Shown here: one piece after another, positions 8,202 through 18,061 of the stretch | Layout: each line of letters begins with the position of its first letter | Position numbering within the stretch: position 1 is the stretch's first letter | Source: a virus | Direction: 5' to 3' (one strand) | DNA: 64,000 nucleotides | Virus record (IMG/VR): IMGVR_UViG_3300020439_000004 | Span: 44,943-108,942 of that record | Program-made: the position numbers and the translations under genes | The notes under the pieces: model-generated | Seen by the model: the letters and a program-made list of their open reading frames with translations, nothing else | What the model was told of the DNA's origin: nothing | The model's database searches: none

Positions 8202-11200
8202 ATGCCATCTTCTTTTGACGTAACCGCTAATGTAAATCTTGATCCCAGAAGTTTAAACGCTTCTGCGAAGAAGATTGAGCTTGCTTTAGGCCGTATTACG
8301 GGGCAAGCATCAGAATTTCAAAAATCACTTGATGCCTCTACTGCTCGTGTTTTTGCGTTCGGAGCTACAACAGCGGTTCTAAATGGAGTCAATCAGGCAT
8401 TCAAAAAACTAGTAAGTACTACTATAGAAGTAGAAAAAAGATTAATAGAAATTAATTCTATATTCCAAGCTAATGAAAAAGTATTTAACCAGTTCAGAAA
8501 CTCTATATTTCAAGTAGCAAAAGATACAGGACAAGCATTTGGAACAGTTGCAGAAGGTGCTGCGGAATTAGCTAGACAAGGTCTTAGTGCAGAAGAAACA
8601 GCTAAAAGACTAAAAGCTTCTTTGGTTTTAACAAGAATATCAGGGCTTGATGCAGAAAAGTCTGTAAAAGCTCTTACTGCTGCTATAAATGGATTTGCTT
8701 CTGCTGGACTTAGTGCAAATCAGATTGTTAATAAGTTGGTTGCTGTTGATACCGCCTTTGCTGTATCTGCTCAAGACTTGGCTGAAGCATTTAGTCGTGC
8801 TGGATCTACAGCGGAGGACGCTGGTGTTAGCTTTGACCAGCTTTTGGGTTTAGTTACAGCAGTTGAGCAGAAGACTGCTAGAGGTGGTGCTGTTATTGGT
8901 AACGCCTTTAAATCTATTTTTACAAGACTTTCTAGAGGGGACACCATAGAATCTTTAAGAGAATTAGGAGTTCAGATTGATGCAACTCAAAACGGAATAC
9001 AAAAACTAAACGCACTTTCGGTTGCTTTAGAAAATATCTCAGACCCTACTGTCGCTTCTCAAATTAAAGAGCTAGCTGGTGGTGTTTTCCAGATAAACGT
9101 TGTTAGTGCAGCATTGAAAGATTTAAGCTCTGACACTTCTATATTTGCTGGAGCTGCCAAGACAGCATCTGAAGCTACTAATGAAGCTTTTGAAAAGAAC
9201 GCAGATTTAAATAGGAGTTTAGCCGCTCAAATAAATGCTCTTATAGCAGGACTAACATCTCTAGCAGAAAGAGTTGGTTCATTAACTTTTGGACCTCTTT
9301 TAGAAAACTTATTGGGTCTTACTACAAAATTTACAGAGTTTTTAGATAAAGCATTGGACCCAGAAAAAGGTAGTGCTTTTGTAAAAGGATTATTTAAAAC
9401 AATTGGTCAGTTTCTTGGTGGTCCTGCTGTAGTTATATTTACTGGTGCTTTTGTTAAGATATTCGCGCTTGTTGCTAAGTTTGCTAAAGATGGATTAATG
9501 TCTGTCTTTGCTATTGGTTCTGAGACATCTAAAATTAGAAACATAGAAGCTGGTATTGTTGGTTTATTGCAGAAGGATAGTCAGCTAAGACAGTTAATTA
9601 CAAGTTCTACTGCTTCACAAGCTCAAAAAGAGCAAGCAATTATAAGCGCTATAAAAGCTGAAAATGCTTTACTTGCACAACAGGCATCATTGATGAACTC
9701 TATAGCTTCTGCTGCTAGAGCTAGAGGTGTTGCATCTTTTAATGCCTCAACAGGTCAATTTAAAGGTAAGAAGGGCTTTGCATCTGGCTTCATGCAAGAA
9801 GAAGCGACGGCTAGAGGGTTGGGAGCTACTGGATCAGTTAAAGCTCATTTTGGTCAAGGCACAATAGGTGGCCGCAGATTCATAATGAACAACCAAGAAG
9901 TGGAGATTCCTAACTTTGCTGGTGGTAGAGATTCTGCGGTTATACCAATGTACGCAAAAGGAGGTCCGTACAGAACAAACAAATTTTCTTCAAAATCAAC
10001 AGGATCAGCCGTAGGAAGTGCGGCAGGAGGTGGCAAAACTTTATTTATGGATGGTTCTAAATTTGGATTACTTGCCGCCTTTTCAGGTAAAAGTATTCCA
10101 AGGGAATCAAAAACAAGCCTTGATAAGTTAAGCCCACCAAGCGTTCAAGGTCTTTCACAAAGTGGTTATTCTATACAAGGTCTAAAAAGACAAGGATTTA
10201 GTCATGTTGGTGTAAGAGGACTCAAAGTTACTGCTTTAGATGCTGGTAGGCCAAATTTTAGAAAAAAGTTTCAACCAAGAATACAAAAAGCATTTGCACA
10301 ACCGTTAGTTAACTTTGGCTCTCAAATTATTGGAGATACCTTCAAAGGTAACGATACCAAGTCAATAGGCCAAGGTTTAAAAAAGAGTTCAAAAGGTGTT
10401 AAGCTTTTCTCTGATGCCGCTGAAGGTGGTATAATAGAGTCTGCAATAAAAGCTGTTATTGCGGGATCAAGAGCTGCCAGTGTTTTCAGTACTCCAAATA
10501 ATGAAAGAGCGCCATTTGATTTTGAAGAAAATACAAATCTAAGACAAAAAGATAGCGTTGCTGGTACGTTTTTTAGAGGTCAAGGTGTCAAAAGGGCAGA
10601 TGCTAAAAGAACAGCAGATAAAGATTCTGCAAGGTCTTTTATAGCAAAGATATTACAAGATAGTTCAGCTAGGTCTATGGCGCTGCCAAGGGGAAGAGGC
10701 AAGGCTGCTGGACATATTCCTAGATTTGCAAAAGGTAAAGTGCCAAAAGGTGATGGTGGTATGGGTGAAGGTGGAATGTTCTTAGCTTTATCAGGAGCAT
10801 CAATGGCTTTGAATACCATGTCTGCATCTGGCGATGAGGCTGGAGGAGCGTTGAGTGGTTTAGCGGAAACTGCAAGTAAAGCTGTAAATGCTTTGCTGAC
10901 ATTTCAAACATTAAGTTTTATAACTGGTGGTAAATTGGGTGGTCTTGTAACAAAACCCATGTCTACTCTTGGAAGAGGTATGAGAGCAGGATTTGCAGGT
11001 AAAGGTGCTGGAGCTTTAGGTGCAGGAAAAATTGGAGGATTAGGAGGATTTGGCGCAAAAGCTGGTGCATTAGGGGCTACAAAACTAGGAGCTTTTAAAG
11101 GTGCTGCCGCAATGGGTCCAGTTGGGGCTGCAATTGGAGCAGCATTTGTTGGACATGTTATAGGTTCTAAGATTGGTAATGCAATAGGAGATCAAATTAT

Positions 11201-12704
11201 TCAAAAAGGAACGGCTAAAGCTGCCAAAGAAATGAATATTGCCAACATTGGAGGCATGAATGCGGAGAGGGTTAATCTTAAGCGTCAGTTGGCTGGAGTT
11301 GGAGGTAGAGAAGGTATTGATCTATTTAATCAAACATTTGCTGGAAATCAAGAAGAAGTAAATAAAGCTTTTAAATCATATGAGGCTGCGTTAAGAGCTT
11401 CTGCTGAAAAAACTAAACAAGGAATACCTACCGAAGAAGCTAGAACCCAAGCGACGGCGGATTTTAACAAAAGATTAAAAGAGCTTGGCGGCATCACCAA
11501 GGATACAATATTCCAACAGACAGATTTCAATAGAAGGCAACAGTTTTTAAATAACAAAATTGCAGAATTAACAAGCAGAATCAATAGGGTAAAAGGCAGC
11601 TCTCAGATGAGAGATATCCAAAACAGCGCAATGATTTCTTCTAGTATGAAGGATAGAGCTGATATAATGGGAGCCTTAAAGTTTTCAGGACCAATGTCAG
11701 CATCTGTTGGTGCAGCAGTAAATGTTACTCAAAGAACATCAGCGGCATCTGATGCTCTAATGCAAAAAAGAGCATTACAAGCTCAAATGCTTACAGAGGT
11801 TGACCCTAAAAAGAGAGAAGATTTAGAAAAAAGTATAGAAGCCGCAGGAAAGAATTTTGCTAATATAGTTAAAGAGAGTTCTATAAATTTTGCGAACAAT
11901 ATTGTTGCTTTGCAGGATCAAATGAAAGCGGCGGAAGAAAAGAGATTGCAATCTAGAACTGATGAGGTTGGTAGAGATATAGGTGCTTTACAAGCTTTAG
12001 CTGAAGGTGGTATTATGACACCCAAAGGTCAGAAAGATTTCCAAGAACAAGCTAGAAAGCAAAGAGAAAAATTTGAAAAAGCACAAGCAAAGTTAGAAGC
12101 TAAAAAACCAATATTTAGAGGTTTAGGTGAGAATGAAGATCAAATAAAAACTAGATTCCAATCTTTAGCAACGAGCGCAGCAGCATCAGCTCTTGAGTTA
12201 ATAAGATCACAAGGTATTGAGCAGCTTGCCAAACTTAGAGGTGTTTCTCTTGAAACTCAACTTGCAAGCATGGGAGGTGATGTTGCTGGTCTTCTCGGCA
12301 CAGTAAGGAAATCAGGATTTGAGGCTTATGGAGCTAAAGAAACTCAACGAAGTAAAGATATCAGTGAAGCGGTAATAAATGCTGATAAAGAATATGAGTC
12401 TTTAAGTGAGGCTCTTTTTAGAAACACAAAAGCTTTAGATGCATTTGCTGAGAACTTTAGCACTGATGAAGCAGAAGGAATTCCTCAAAATGTTAAAAAA
12501 TTAGCTGAAGGTGTGCAAGCGGCGGCTAAAGGTTTTGAAAATATAAAAAATATAACTGAACCTTTTGCAAAAGTTTCAGCCATGACGGTAACTGCTGCTG
12601 AAACTGCTCAACAAGTCATTGGAAAAACAGAAGCTTCACTAAAAAACATGTTAACAAGAGTAGAAGCTTTAGAAAGAGACTCAGCAGCACTTAGAGGTGA
12701 ATAA
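8202..12704 (+). CDS. tail tape measure protein
   Basis: 1500 aa, Ala/Gly-rich, TP901-type core (AEGAAELARQG, IGNAFKSIFTRL), hydrophobic and coiled-coil segments. Confidence 0.92.
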   Translation: MPSSFDVTANVNLDPRSLNASAKKIELALGRITGQASEFQKSLDASTARVFAFGATTAVLNGVNQAFKKLVSTTIEVEKRLIEINSIFQANEKVFNQFRNSIFQVAKDTGQAFGTVAEGAAELARQGLSAEETAKRLKASLVLTRISGLDAEKSVKALTAAINGFASAGLSANQIVNKLVAVDTAFAVSAQDLAEAFSRAGSTAEDAGVSFDQLLGLVTAVEQKTARGGAVIGNAFKSIFTRLSRGDTIESLRELGVQIDATQNGIQKLNALSVALENISDPTVASQIKELAGGVFQINVVSAALKDLSSDTSIFAGAAKTASEATNEAFEKNADLNRSLAAQINALIAGLTSLAERVGSLTFGPLLENLLGLTTKFTEFLDKALDPEKGSAFVKGLFKTIGQFLGGPAVVIFTGAFVKIFALVAKFAKDGLMSVFAIGSETSKIRNIEAGIVGLLQKDSQLRQLITSSTASQAQKEQAIISAIKAENALLAQQASLMNSIASAARARGVASFNASTGQFKGKKGFASGFMQEEATARGLGATGSVKAHFGQGTIGGRRFIMNNQEVEIPNFAGGRDSAVIPMYAKGGPYRTNKFSSKSTGSAVGSAAGGGKTLFMDGSKFGLLAAFSGKSIPRESKTSLDKLSPPSVQGLSQSGYSIQGLKRQGFSHVGVRGLKVTALDAGRPNFRKKFQPRIQKAFAQPLVNFGSQIIGDTFKGNDTKSIGQGLKKSSKGVKLFSDAAEGGIIESAIKAVIAGSRAASVFSTPNNERAPFDFEENTNLRQKDSVAGTFFRGQGVKRADAKRTADKDSARSFIAKILQDSSARSMALPRGRGKAAGHIPRFAKGKVPKGDGGMGEGGMFLALSGASMALNTMSASGDEAGGALSGLAETASKAVNALLTFQTLSFITGGKLGGLVTKPMSTLGRGMRAGFAGKGAGALGAGKIGGLGGFGAKAGALGATKLGAFKGAAAMGPVGAAIGAAFVGHVIGSKIGNAIGDQIIQKGTAKAAKEMNIANIGGMNAERVNLKRQLAGVGGREGIDLFNQTFAGNQEEVNKAFKSYEAALRASAEKTKQGIPTEEARTQATADFNKRLKELGGITKDTIFQQTDFNRRQQFLNNKIAELTSRINRVKGSSQMRDIQNSAMISSSMKDRADIMGALKFSGPMSASVGAAVNVTQRTSAASDALMQKRALQAQMLTEVDPKKREDLEKSIEAAGKNFANIVKESSINFANNIVALQDQMKAAEEKRLQSRTDEVGRDIGALQALAEGGIMTPKGQKDFQEQARKQREKFEKAQAKLEAKKPIFRGLGENEDQIKTRFQSLATSAAASALELIRSQGIEQLAKLRGVSLETQLASMGGDVAGLLGTVRKSGFEAYGAKETQRSKDISEAVINADKEYESLSEALFRNTKALDAFAENFSTDEAEGIPQNVKKLAEGVQAAAKGFENIKNITEPFAKVSAMTVTAAETAQQVIGKTEASLKNMLTRVEALERDSAALRGE

Positions 12705-12709
12705 TTAAA

Positions 12710-14251
12710 ATGGCATCAATAATAGCAAACAATATAATAAGTTCCTCTTCCAATATTTCATATCAGTATAATGAAACGGAAGAAGTGTTTGGATATGTTA
12801 TATCCGCGACTTATAATTTAAATGTTGCTGATGTCGCTTTTGAAAATGGTGATGGTTTTTTAATTGCAGGTAGAGAGGCTGTAAGAGCAGCATACGCAAA
12901 GCCAGAAATTGTAGCTAGGATAGGTGGAGATGAATTTTTAAAAGGTCAAATTCAAAGTGTCTCTTTCTCAGATGGAACTTTAGTTGGTTCTGAAACTGCA
13001 AACATAACTATTCAAGAATCTAGAAGATTAGATGACTACTCTTCTACAAACTTTTGCAAATATATTCCCAATCCGCATTTAGTAAGTTCTTTTGCTGAGA
13101 CTTATAATTTTACTAGATCAGAGGATACATATAGCTATTCAAGAGATATAAATTTAACATACAAGCAAGGAGCTGGAGATAGGTTCTTAAATGACGCTAG
13201 AATTTTCCTTACTCAATATTATTTTGCTAACAGGCCATCATTCGGATTCCAATCAGATGGTATATCTGAAGACGCTACATTTAATAAAGACTACAGGGGT
13301 TTACTCACAGAGAAATACGACCTCATAGGTCTGACAGTTGGATTAACAGAAAATTTTAATTCTTCTTTTATAGATAATACTAATCATATTTCTAGAAAAG
13401 AAACCCAAACAACAACAGTTGATGAAAAGGGTTATCTTAAAAAGACATTTGCTTTTGAATTAACGTCACTAAGATTTGATTCGCAGAACATATTGCAAGA
13501 GGCTATGAAGACAATCATAGCTGAAGTCATGACAGCTCAAGGGTCAACTCTTGGAGATCCTTCATCAATATCTAAGGGTATTAAAAAAGATGGCAACTCT
13601 GCATCTTTAAGTATTAGTTTTTCTACAAACCCCACAGAAAGACAAGGCGACTTAGTAACCTACTCTGTTGAAGAGAGAAAAAATCAAAAATTTAAAGACT
13701 ATATATTATCCGCGACCTACAAGGCTAAAGGTAAAACCGATAGAGAAAAATTTAATAAAGCTAAAACTTTATGGATTTCAGACAAAGATAATAATATAAC
13801 TAAAGTACAAAGTGTATTTGCTGGATTGCCCACAATATTTGAGAAAGATAGAAACTCTAACTTTCAAAAGACTGAAGGGATTATAACAGAAACTATAACT
13901 TTTACAGACGACCCAGCTTATAAAAATCAATCAGATGGGTTACTTAAATTAAAGATAACATCTTCTAACACAAAAAAGATAAGAAGAAATGAATTGGTTT
14001 ATGATCTTGGAGATTTAAAAGAGAAGCTTGTTGTGAGTGATTTAGAAAGTGTAGGTCAAGCATCAGTAACTGCTACAACGACTATAGATCCAAATAGAGA
14101 TTTATTTGGAGGGAAAGATAAATTACTCAATAAGACTTCTGATATGCAAGAGTTTGTTACAGGCTCAAAAGTTTTTACCACTTCAGATGTTGTAAATGTA
14201 AACTTAGGAGAAGGAACCTCGACTAGAACAATAAATTATTTATATATTTAA
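12710..14251 (+). CDS. tail tip protein (distal-tail-like)
   Basis: Follows the tape measure; beta-rich. Confidence 0.55.
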   Translation: MASIIANNIISSSSNISYQYNETEEVFGYVISATYNLNVADVAFENGDGFLIAGREAVRAAYAKPEIVARIGGDEFLKGQIQSVSFSDGTLVGSETANITIQESRRLDDYSSTNFCKYIPNPHLVSSFAETYNFTRSEDTYSYSRDINLTYKQGAGDRFLNDARIFLTQYYFANRPSFGFQSDGISEDATFNKDYRGLLTEKYDLIGLTVGLTENFNSSFIDNTNHISRKETQTTTVDEKGYLKKTFAFELTSLRFDSQNILQEAMKTIIAEVMTAQGSTLGDPSSISKGIKKDGNSASLSISFSTNPTERQGDLVTYSVEERKNQKFKDYILSATYKAKGKTDREKFNKAKTLWISDKDNNITKVQSVFAGLPTIFEKDRNSNFQKTEGIITETITFTDDPAYKNQSDGLLKLKITSSNTKKIRRNELVYDLGDLKEKLVVSDLESVGQASVTATTTIDPNRDLFGGKDKLLNKTSDMQEFVTGSKVFTTSDVVNVNLGEGTSTRTINYLYI

Positions 14252-15864
14252 TGGCTGATCCTACTATAACATACGGAAGTTACACATTTCCAACTCCAAG
14301 TCCTCTTGTAGCGGAAACATCAAATCCTATTGTTATAAGTGGACAATCTGATTTTTTCTTAGATGAAGTTAATTTAGTTGGAACTTTAACTGGCGCTAAC
14401 CTTAGTGGATTGCATGTCAGAAAAATGCAAATGATTAGTGGTTTGCTGTCAGAATTTCAGACTCTTACTGTTACAGGAGATAATAAAGGAAAGTTTTATA
14501 GTGGAGCAAAACCAACATCAATAAGTTTTTCTGAGTCAGACTTAACAACAATTCTACCTTACTCTGTAACATTTGAGGCTTACTCGTCTGGTACTTTTAG
14601 TAAGTTTTTTGGTGTTGTAGATCCACAAGATAATTGGACTTTCTCAGAACAAGATGGAAGAGTTTCTAATGCTTCGCATACCGTTTCTGCAAGAGGATTA
14701 AATCTGGGTAATAGCGTAAGCGCATTAACAAACGCAAAGAATTTTGTATCTGGTAGAATTACAGGAAGTAATGGAGGTTATAGAGATATTAGTTTATTCC
14801 AAACAGGCGCTAAAGCTTTCCTAAGATCAAGAACAGAAACTATAGATAATAAAGCAAGCTCATACACTATCACCGAGCAATATAATTATTCTACTAGCGA
14901 TACTACAATTAATAATAATCCAAGTGGTATACTAGAATCAAACTCTCAGATATCCTTAGACTCTCAAGGAAAAGTTTCTGTAACTATAAATGGCAGCTTG
15001 AAAGGTTCTATAGATGCAAACTCTACTGGCGCTCTTCTAACAACAGGAAACTTCACTCCTACTCAGGCTCAAGAGCTAGCTGTAAATGCAGTAGCTTCTT
15101 CTCTTTCTGATTTTGAATCAGGAGCATATACTTTTTCAAACGTTGGTCCAAGTTCTTATGAATACCAATTAAATACAGGAAGCAATACTTTAAATTTTTC
15201 TTTTACCTTCACCGATTCTTCTAACACCGAACAATCTGGGAATATATTGCATACCAAATCAGCTTCAGTGAGTTGCTCCAAAGATGATGCTAATACAAAA
15301 GTCTCTATTAATGGTGAATTAAAGTATCACTCAAATGCTTCTGTCATAAATTCCACAGGTGACCCTACATCAAGTCAACAATGGTTAGAGTTAAGAAGAG
15401 AATTTAGTGGTATAAACTTTTTTAATTTGGCTGTAGAAGCGTTACAGGACTTTACTGGATGTGCGACTGGTTACCAAATAAGCGGGTTAAATTTAAATGA
15501 AACACCAATAGAAAGTGGTGTTAATAAAAATCCATTTGAAGGAACTATATCTTATAATGTTTCTTTTGATAATAAGCTTGATTTAAGTAATGGTGAGTTG
15601 ACTGGTTTAAGAGTTTCTATAACTGATACTAGGCCAATACAGGTAAGTGGGATAAAGCCATCTATCGCGGGCTTCGCCACACAAAATGTTAAAGAAAGAC
15701 AAATGGGCTTGTATGCGGTGTCTGCCACTTGCGAAGGAGACACTGGAACTTTGCCAACTTTAGCAACCAACGTAAACAAATATATCACAGGTGTTTTTGA
15801 CCAAGCTAAAAGCGAAAGTGTTGGAGAAAATACTATATCTTTTAACTTAAGTAGATATTATTAA
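14251..15864 (+). CDS. tail tip structural protein, S/T-G rich
   Basis: Beta-rich; possible distant paralogue of 12710..14251. Confidence 0.55.
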   Translation: MADPTITYGSYTFPTPSPLVAETSNPIVISGQSDFFLDEVNLVGTLTGANLSGLHVRKMQMISGLLSEFQTLTVTGDNKGKFYSGAKPTSISFSESDLTTILPYSVTFEAYSSGTFSKFFGVVDPQDNWTFSEQDGRVSNASHTVSARGLNLGNSVSALTNAKNFVSGRITGSNGGYRDISLFQTGAKAFLRSRTETIDNKASSYTITEQYNYSTSDTTINNNPSGILESNSQISLDSQGKVSVTINGSLKGSIDANSTGALLTTGNFTPTQAQELAVNAVASSLSDFESGAYTFSNVGPSSYEYQLNTGSNTLNFSFTFTDSSNTEQSGNILHTKSASVSCSKDDANTKVSINGELKYHSNASVINSTGDPTSSQQWLELRREFSGINFFNLAVEALQDFTGCATGYQISGLNLNETPIESGVNKNPFEGTISYNVSFDNKLDLSNGELTGLRVSITDTRPIQVSGIKPSIAGFATQNVKERQMGLYAVSATCEGDTGTLPTLATNVNKYITGVFDQAKSESVGENTISFNLSRYY

Positions 15865-15866
15865 TT

Positions 15867-17243
15867 ATGTCAACGAGCGGAGTACAATATGCAATAAATC
15901 ATAATTTTACCAGCAATGACCCTTTGTTGATTTATTATGATTTTTCTAGTGGAACAGGAACAGCTCTTTCTTTTACAAGTGATGTAGACGCAAGAGTAGA
16001 CAACCAAGAGCCAGCAGTAAATACAACTCCATACGCTGGAGTTATAATAAATTCTAGAGCTGGAACAGAAACAGCCGCAAAGACATATGCAACTGGAGCA
16101 TTTTTAAGCGAAAATAAGGCTAGATTAAGTGCATCAAATATCAAAGTTGATGCATCTAATTTAAACTTTAATTCATTAACTGCTATATTTGATTTTGAGT
16201 TTGATACTGCACATCCCGTAACTGGTGGAGTTTTATTTGGAGCCTTAGAAAAAACTCTTGAGACTATTAATGGAGAAATTATAACAGGATCTAAAGGGTA
16301 TAATTTTGGAATAACTGATAGAGGTAAACTCTACTATCAAGGCTTTGATCGTCATGGAGATTTTATACATGTCGCATCAGAAATTGAGCTATCTAAAAGA
16401 AATTTAATATCTTTTTCTTTAGATTCTAATACTTTAGAAGTGGCTAGAGTTGATTATCTTAACGAAAAAATACATAGTCAAAACTATACTCTAGATACTT
16501 CTTTTATAGCTAACTCAGATAACTTTTACTTAGGAGGGTCAAATACCTTTTACAAAACATCAAGTCCAAGTGACACAACGTTTAGTGGTTTCATAAATGA
16601 GTTCGCTTTGATTTCAGGGTACATTTCTACTGATATTGTTAAAAGTATAGGCAGTGGAATGATAGGGGAGTACTTCTTCAGCTCAGGAGCTGCAACTACT
16701 AAAGAACAAATCACAGGTTATTCAGAAACAATAATTTATAAAACTGGCATCACTGGATACGACTTCAATCAAACTGGTCTTCTTACAATAACCACAGGAA
16801 GAGATATGCAAACAGGATCGTTTGCTTCAGATTCTACAAGCTCTATTAACGAAGGGGATAAATATTTTAAATTTTATACTTTAGATAATGGCGATGTAAA
16901 AACATTTTATAAAGAAGAGATTGGATTTTTAGATCCTGATTCTGGTTTTAATTATGCTCCAACAGGTTCTGGAGCGTTCGCTACTTTAGGTTTGAATAAT
17001 ATTACTGGAGTTATAAACACTTTTGCAGAAACAACTGGTGTTGATGATGCTGGCAATATTACAATTAAACTTTACGAGAGTATAGTTCAAACAGGAACAT
17101 TAAATGAAATAAGCGGTATAACTACAACAGCTCTAACAGAAACAATCAACGTGCCAGCTATTCCAGTATCAGGAATAACACTATCAGGAAACTCTGAAGA
17201 CTTAAAGAAAGATTACATCTACTATATGGGACAAAGGCTATGA
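15867..17243 (+). CDS. tail protein with ConA/LamG-like domain
   Basis: LLIYYDF ... FYLGG ... FSGFINEFALI pattern. Confidence 0.55.
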   Translation: MSTSGVQYAINHNFTSNDPLLIYYDFSSGTGTALSFTSDVDARVDNQEPAVNTTPYAGVIINSRAGTETAAKTYATGAFLSENKARLSASNIKVDASNLNFNSLTAIFDFEFDTAHPVTGGVLFGALEKTLETINGEIITGSKGYNFGITDRGKLYYQGFDRHGDFIHVASEIELSKRNLISFSLDSNTLEVARVDYLNEKIHSQNYTLDTSFIANSDNFYLGGSNTFYKTSSPSDTTFSGFINEFALISGYISTDIVKSIGSGMIGEYFFSSGAATTKEQITGYSETIIYKTGITGYDFNQTGLLTITTGRDMQTGSFASDSTSSINEGDKYFKFYTLDNGDVKTFYKEEIGFLDPDSGFNYAPTGSGAFATLGLNNITGVINTFAETTGVDDAGNITIKLYESIVQTGTLNEISGITTTALTETINVPAIPVSGITLSGNSEDLKKDYIYYMGQRL

Positions 17244-18061
17244 TATACAATTACATATTTTCTACAGGTGATGCCACTATATCAGGATGCACTCTTTCTG
17301 GTTATAGCGGGCAGAAAGATAATTCATCAAGTTTTCAAGACAACTTCTATTATAACTCTGCACTAATAACAGGTTTAAAGAATATGAAGTTAGCCTCCAA
17401 TGGACAAACTTTATATGAAGAAGGACCGATTGAAACTGAGGCAACAAATGAAACTGTATATCAAATATTATCAGGAGATTTCTTTTTAAAGACTGGTGCT
17501 GTTGATCAGTTTGATAGGAATAAACTTTTTGGAGATTCTACAACTCCATTCAAGTCTACATATAATGTTTCATATGAAAAATACACTGGCAAATCAGCCG
17601 TAGGTCTAGGAAGCGCTGCTGCTGAGCTTGGGCCAGCACTTAAATCAGGTATAAGTGGAATTGAAACAGCTTTGAATTTTGAAGATTATGAATATTTCTT
17701 GAATGGTCAAAAAGTATACTCTGGAGTAGGTGTTGGGGTTTCTGCTGGAGTTGGAACTCAGTTTATGTTGAATTTTGATAGCTCTAGTTATGGAGGAATA
17801 ATTACAACAGCTAATAAATCAAATTTTAAAGGTTTTGCTTTTATAAAGCAGGGTAGAACAAATGACATAACAGGGGAGAATCCTGATGTGTATGGGACAG
17901 GATTTGTAGAAGATCAAACATCTTTTTACTTAAATGGAGTAAAAGAGTCTGATGATATGTATCTAGAAATGTATACAGGTGTAACTATTGTAAGAACAGG
18001 TGTGTCTGCTGGGGTTTTTGCCTTTGGAGTACCCACTGAAACAGCAAGTGTGAGCTTATGA
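17240..18061 (+). CDS. tail structural protein
   Basis: Repeated F/YLNG(Q/V)K motifs; tail operon. Confidence 0.5.
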   Translation: MIYNYIFSTGDATISGCTLSGYSGQKDNSSSFQDNFYYNSALITGLKNMKLASNGQTLYEEGPIETEATNETVYQILSGDFFLKTGAVDQFDRNKLFGDSTTPFKSTYNVSYEKYTGKSAVGLGSAAAELGPALKSGISGIETALNFEDYEYFLNGQKVYSGVGVGVSAGVGTQFMLNFDSSSYGGIITTANKSNFKGFAFIKQGRTNDITGENPDVYGTGFVEDQTSFYLNGVKESDDMYLEMYTGVTIVRTGVSAGVFAFGVPTETASVSL

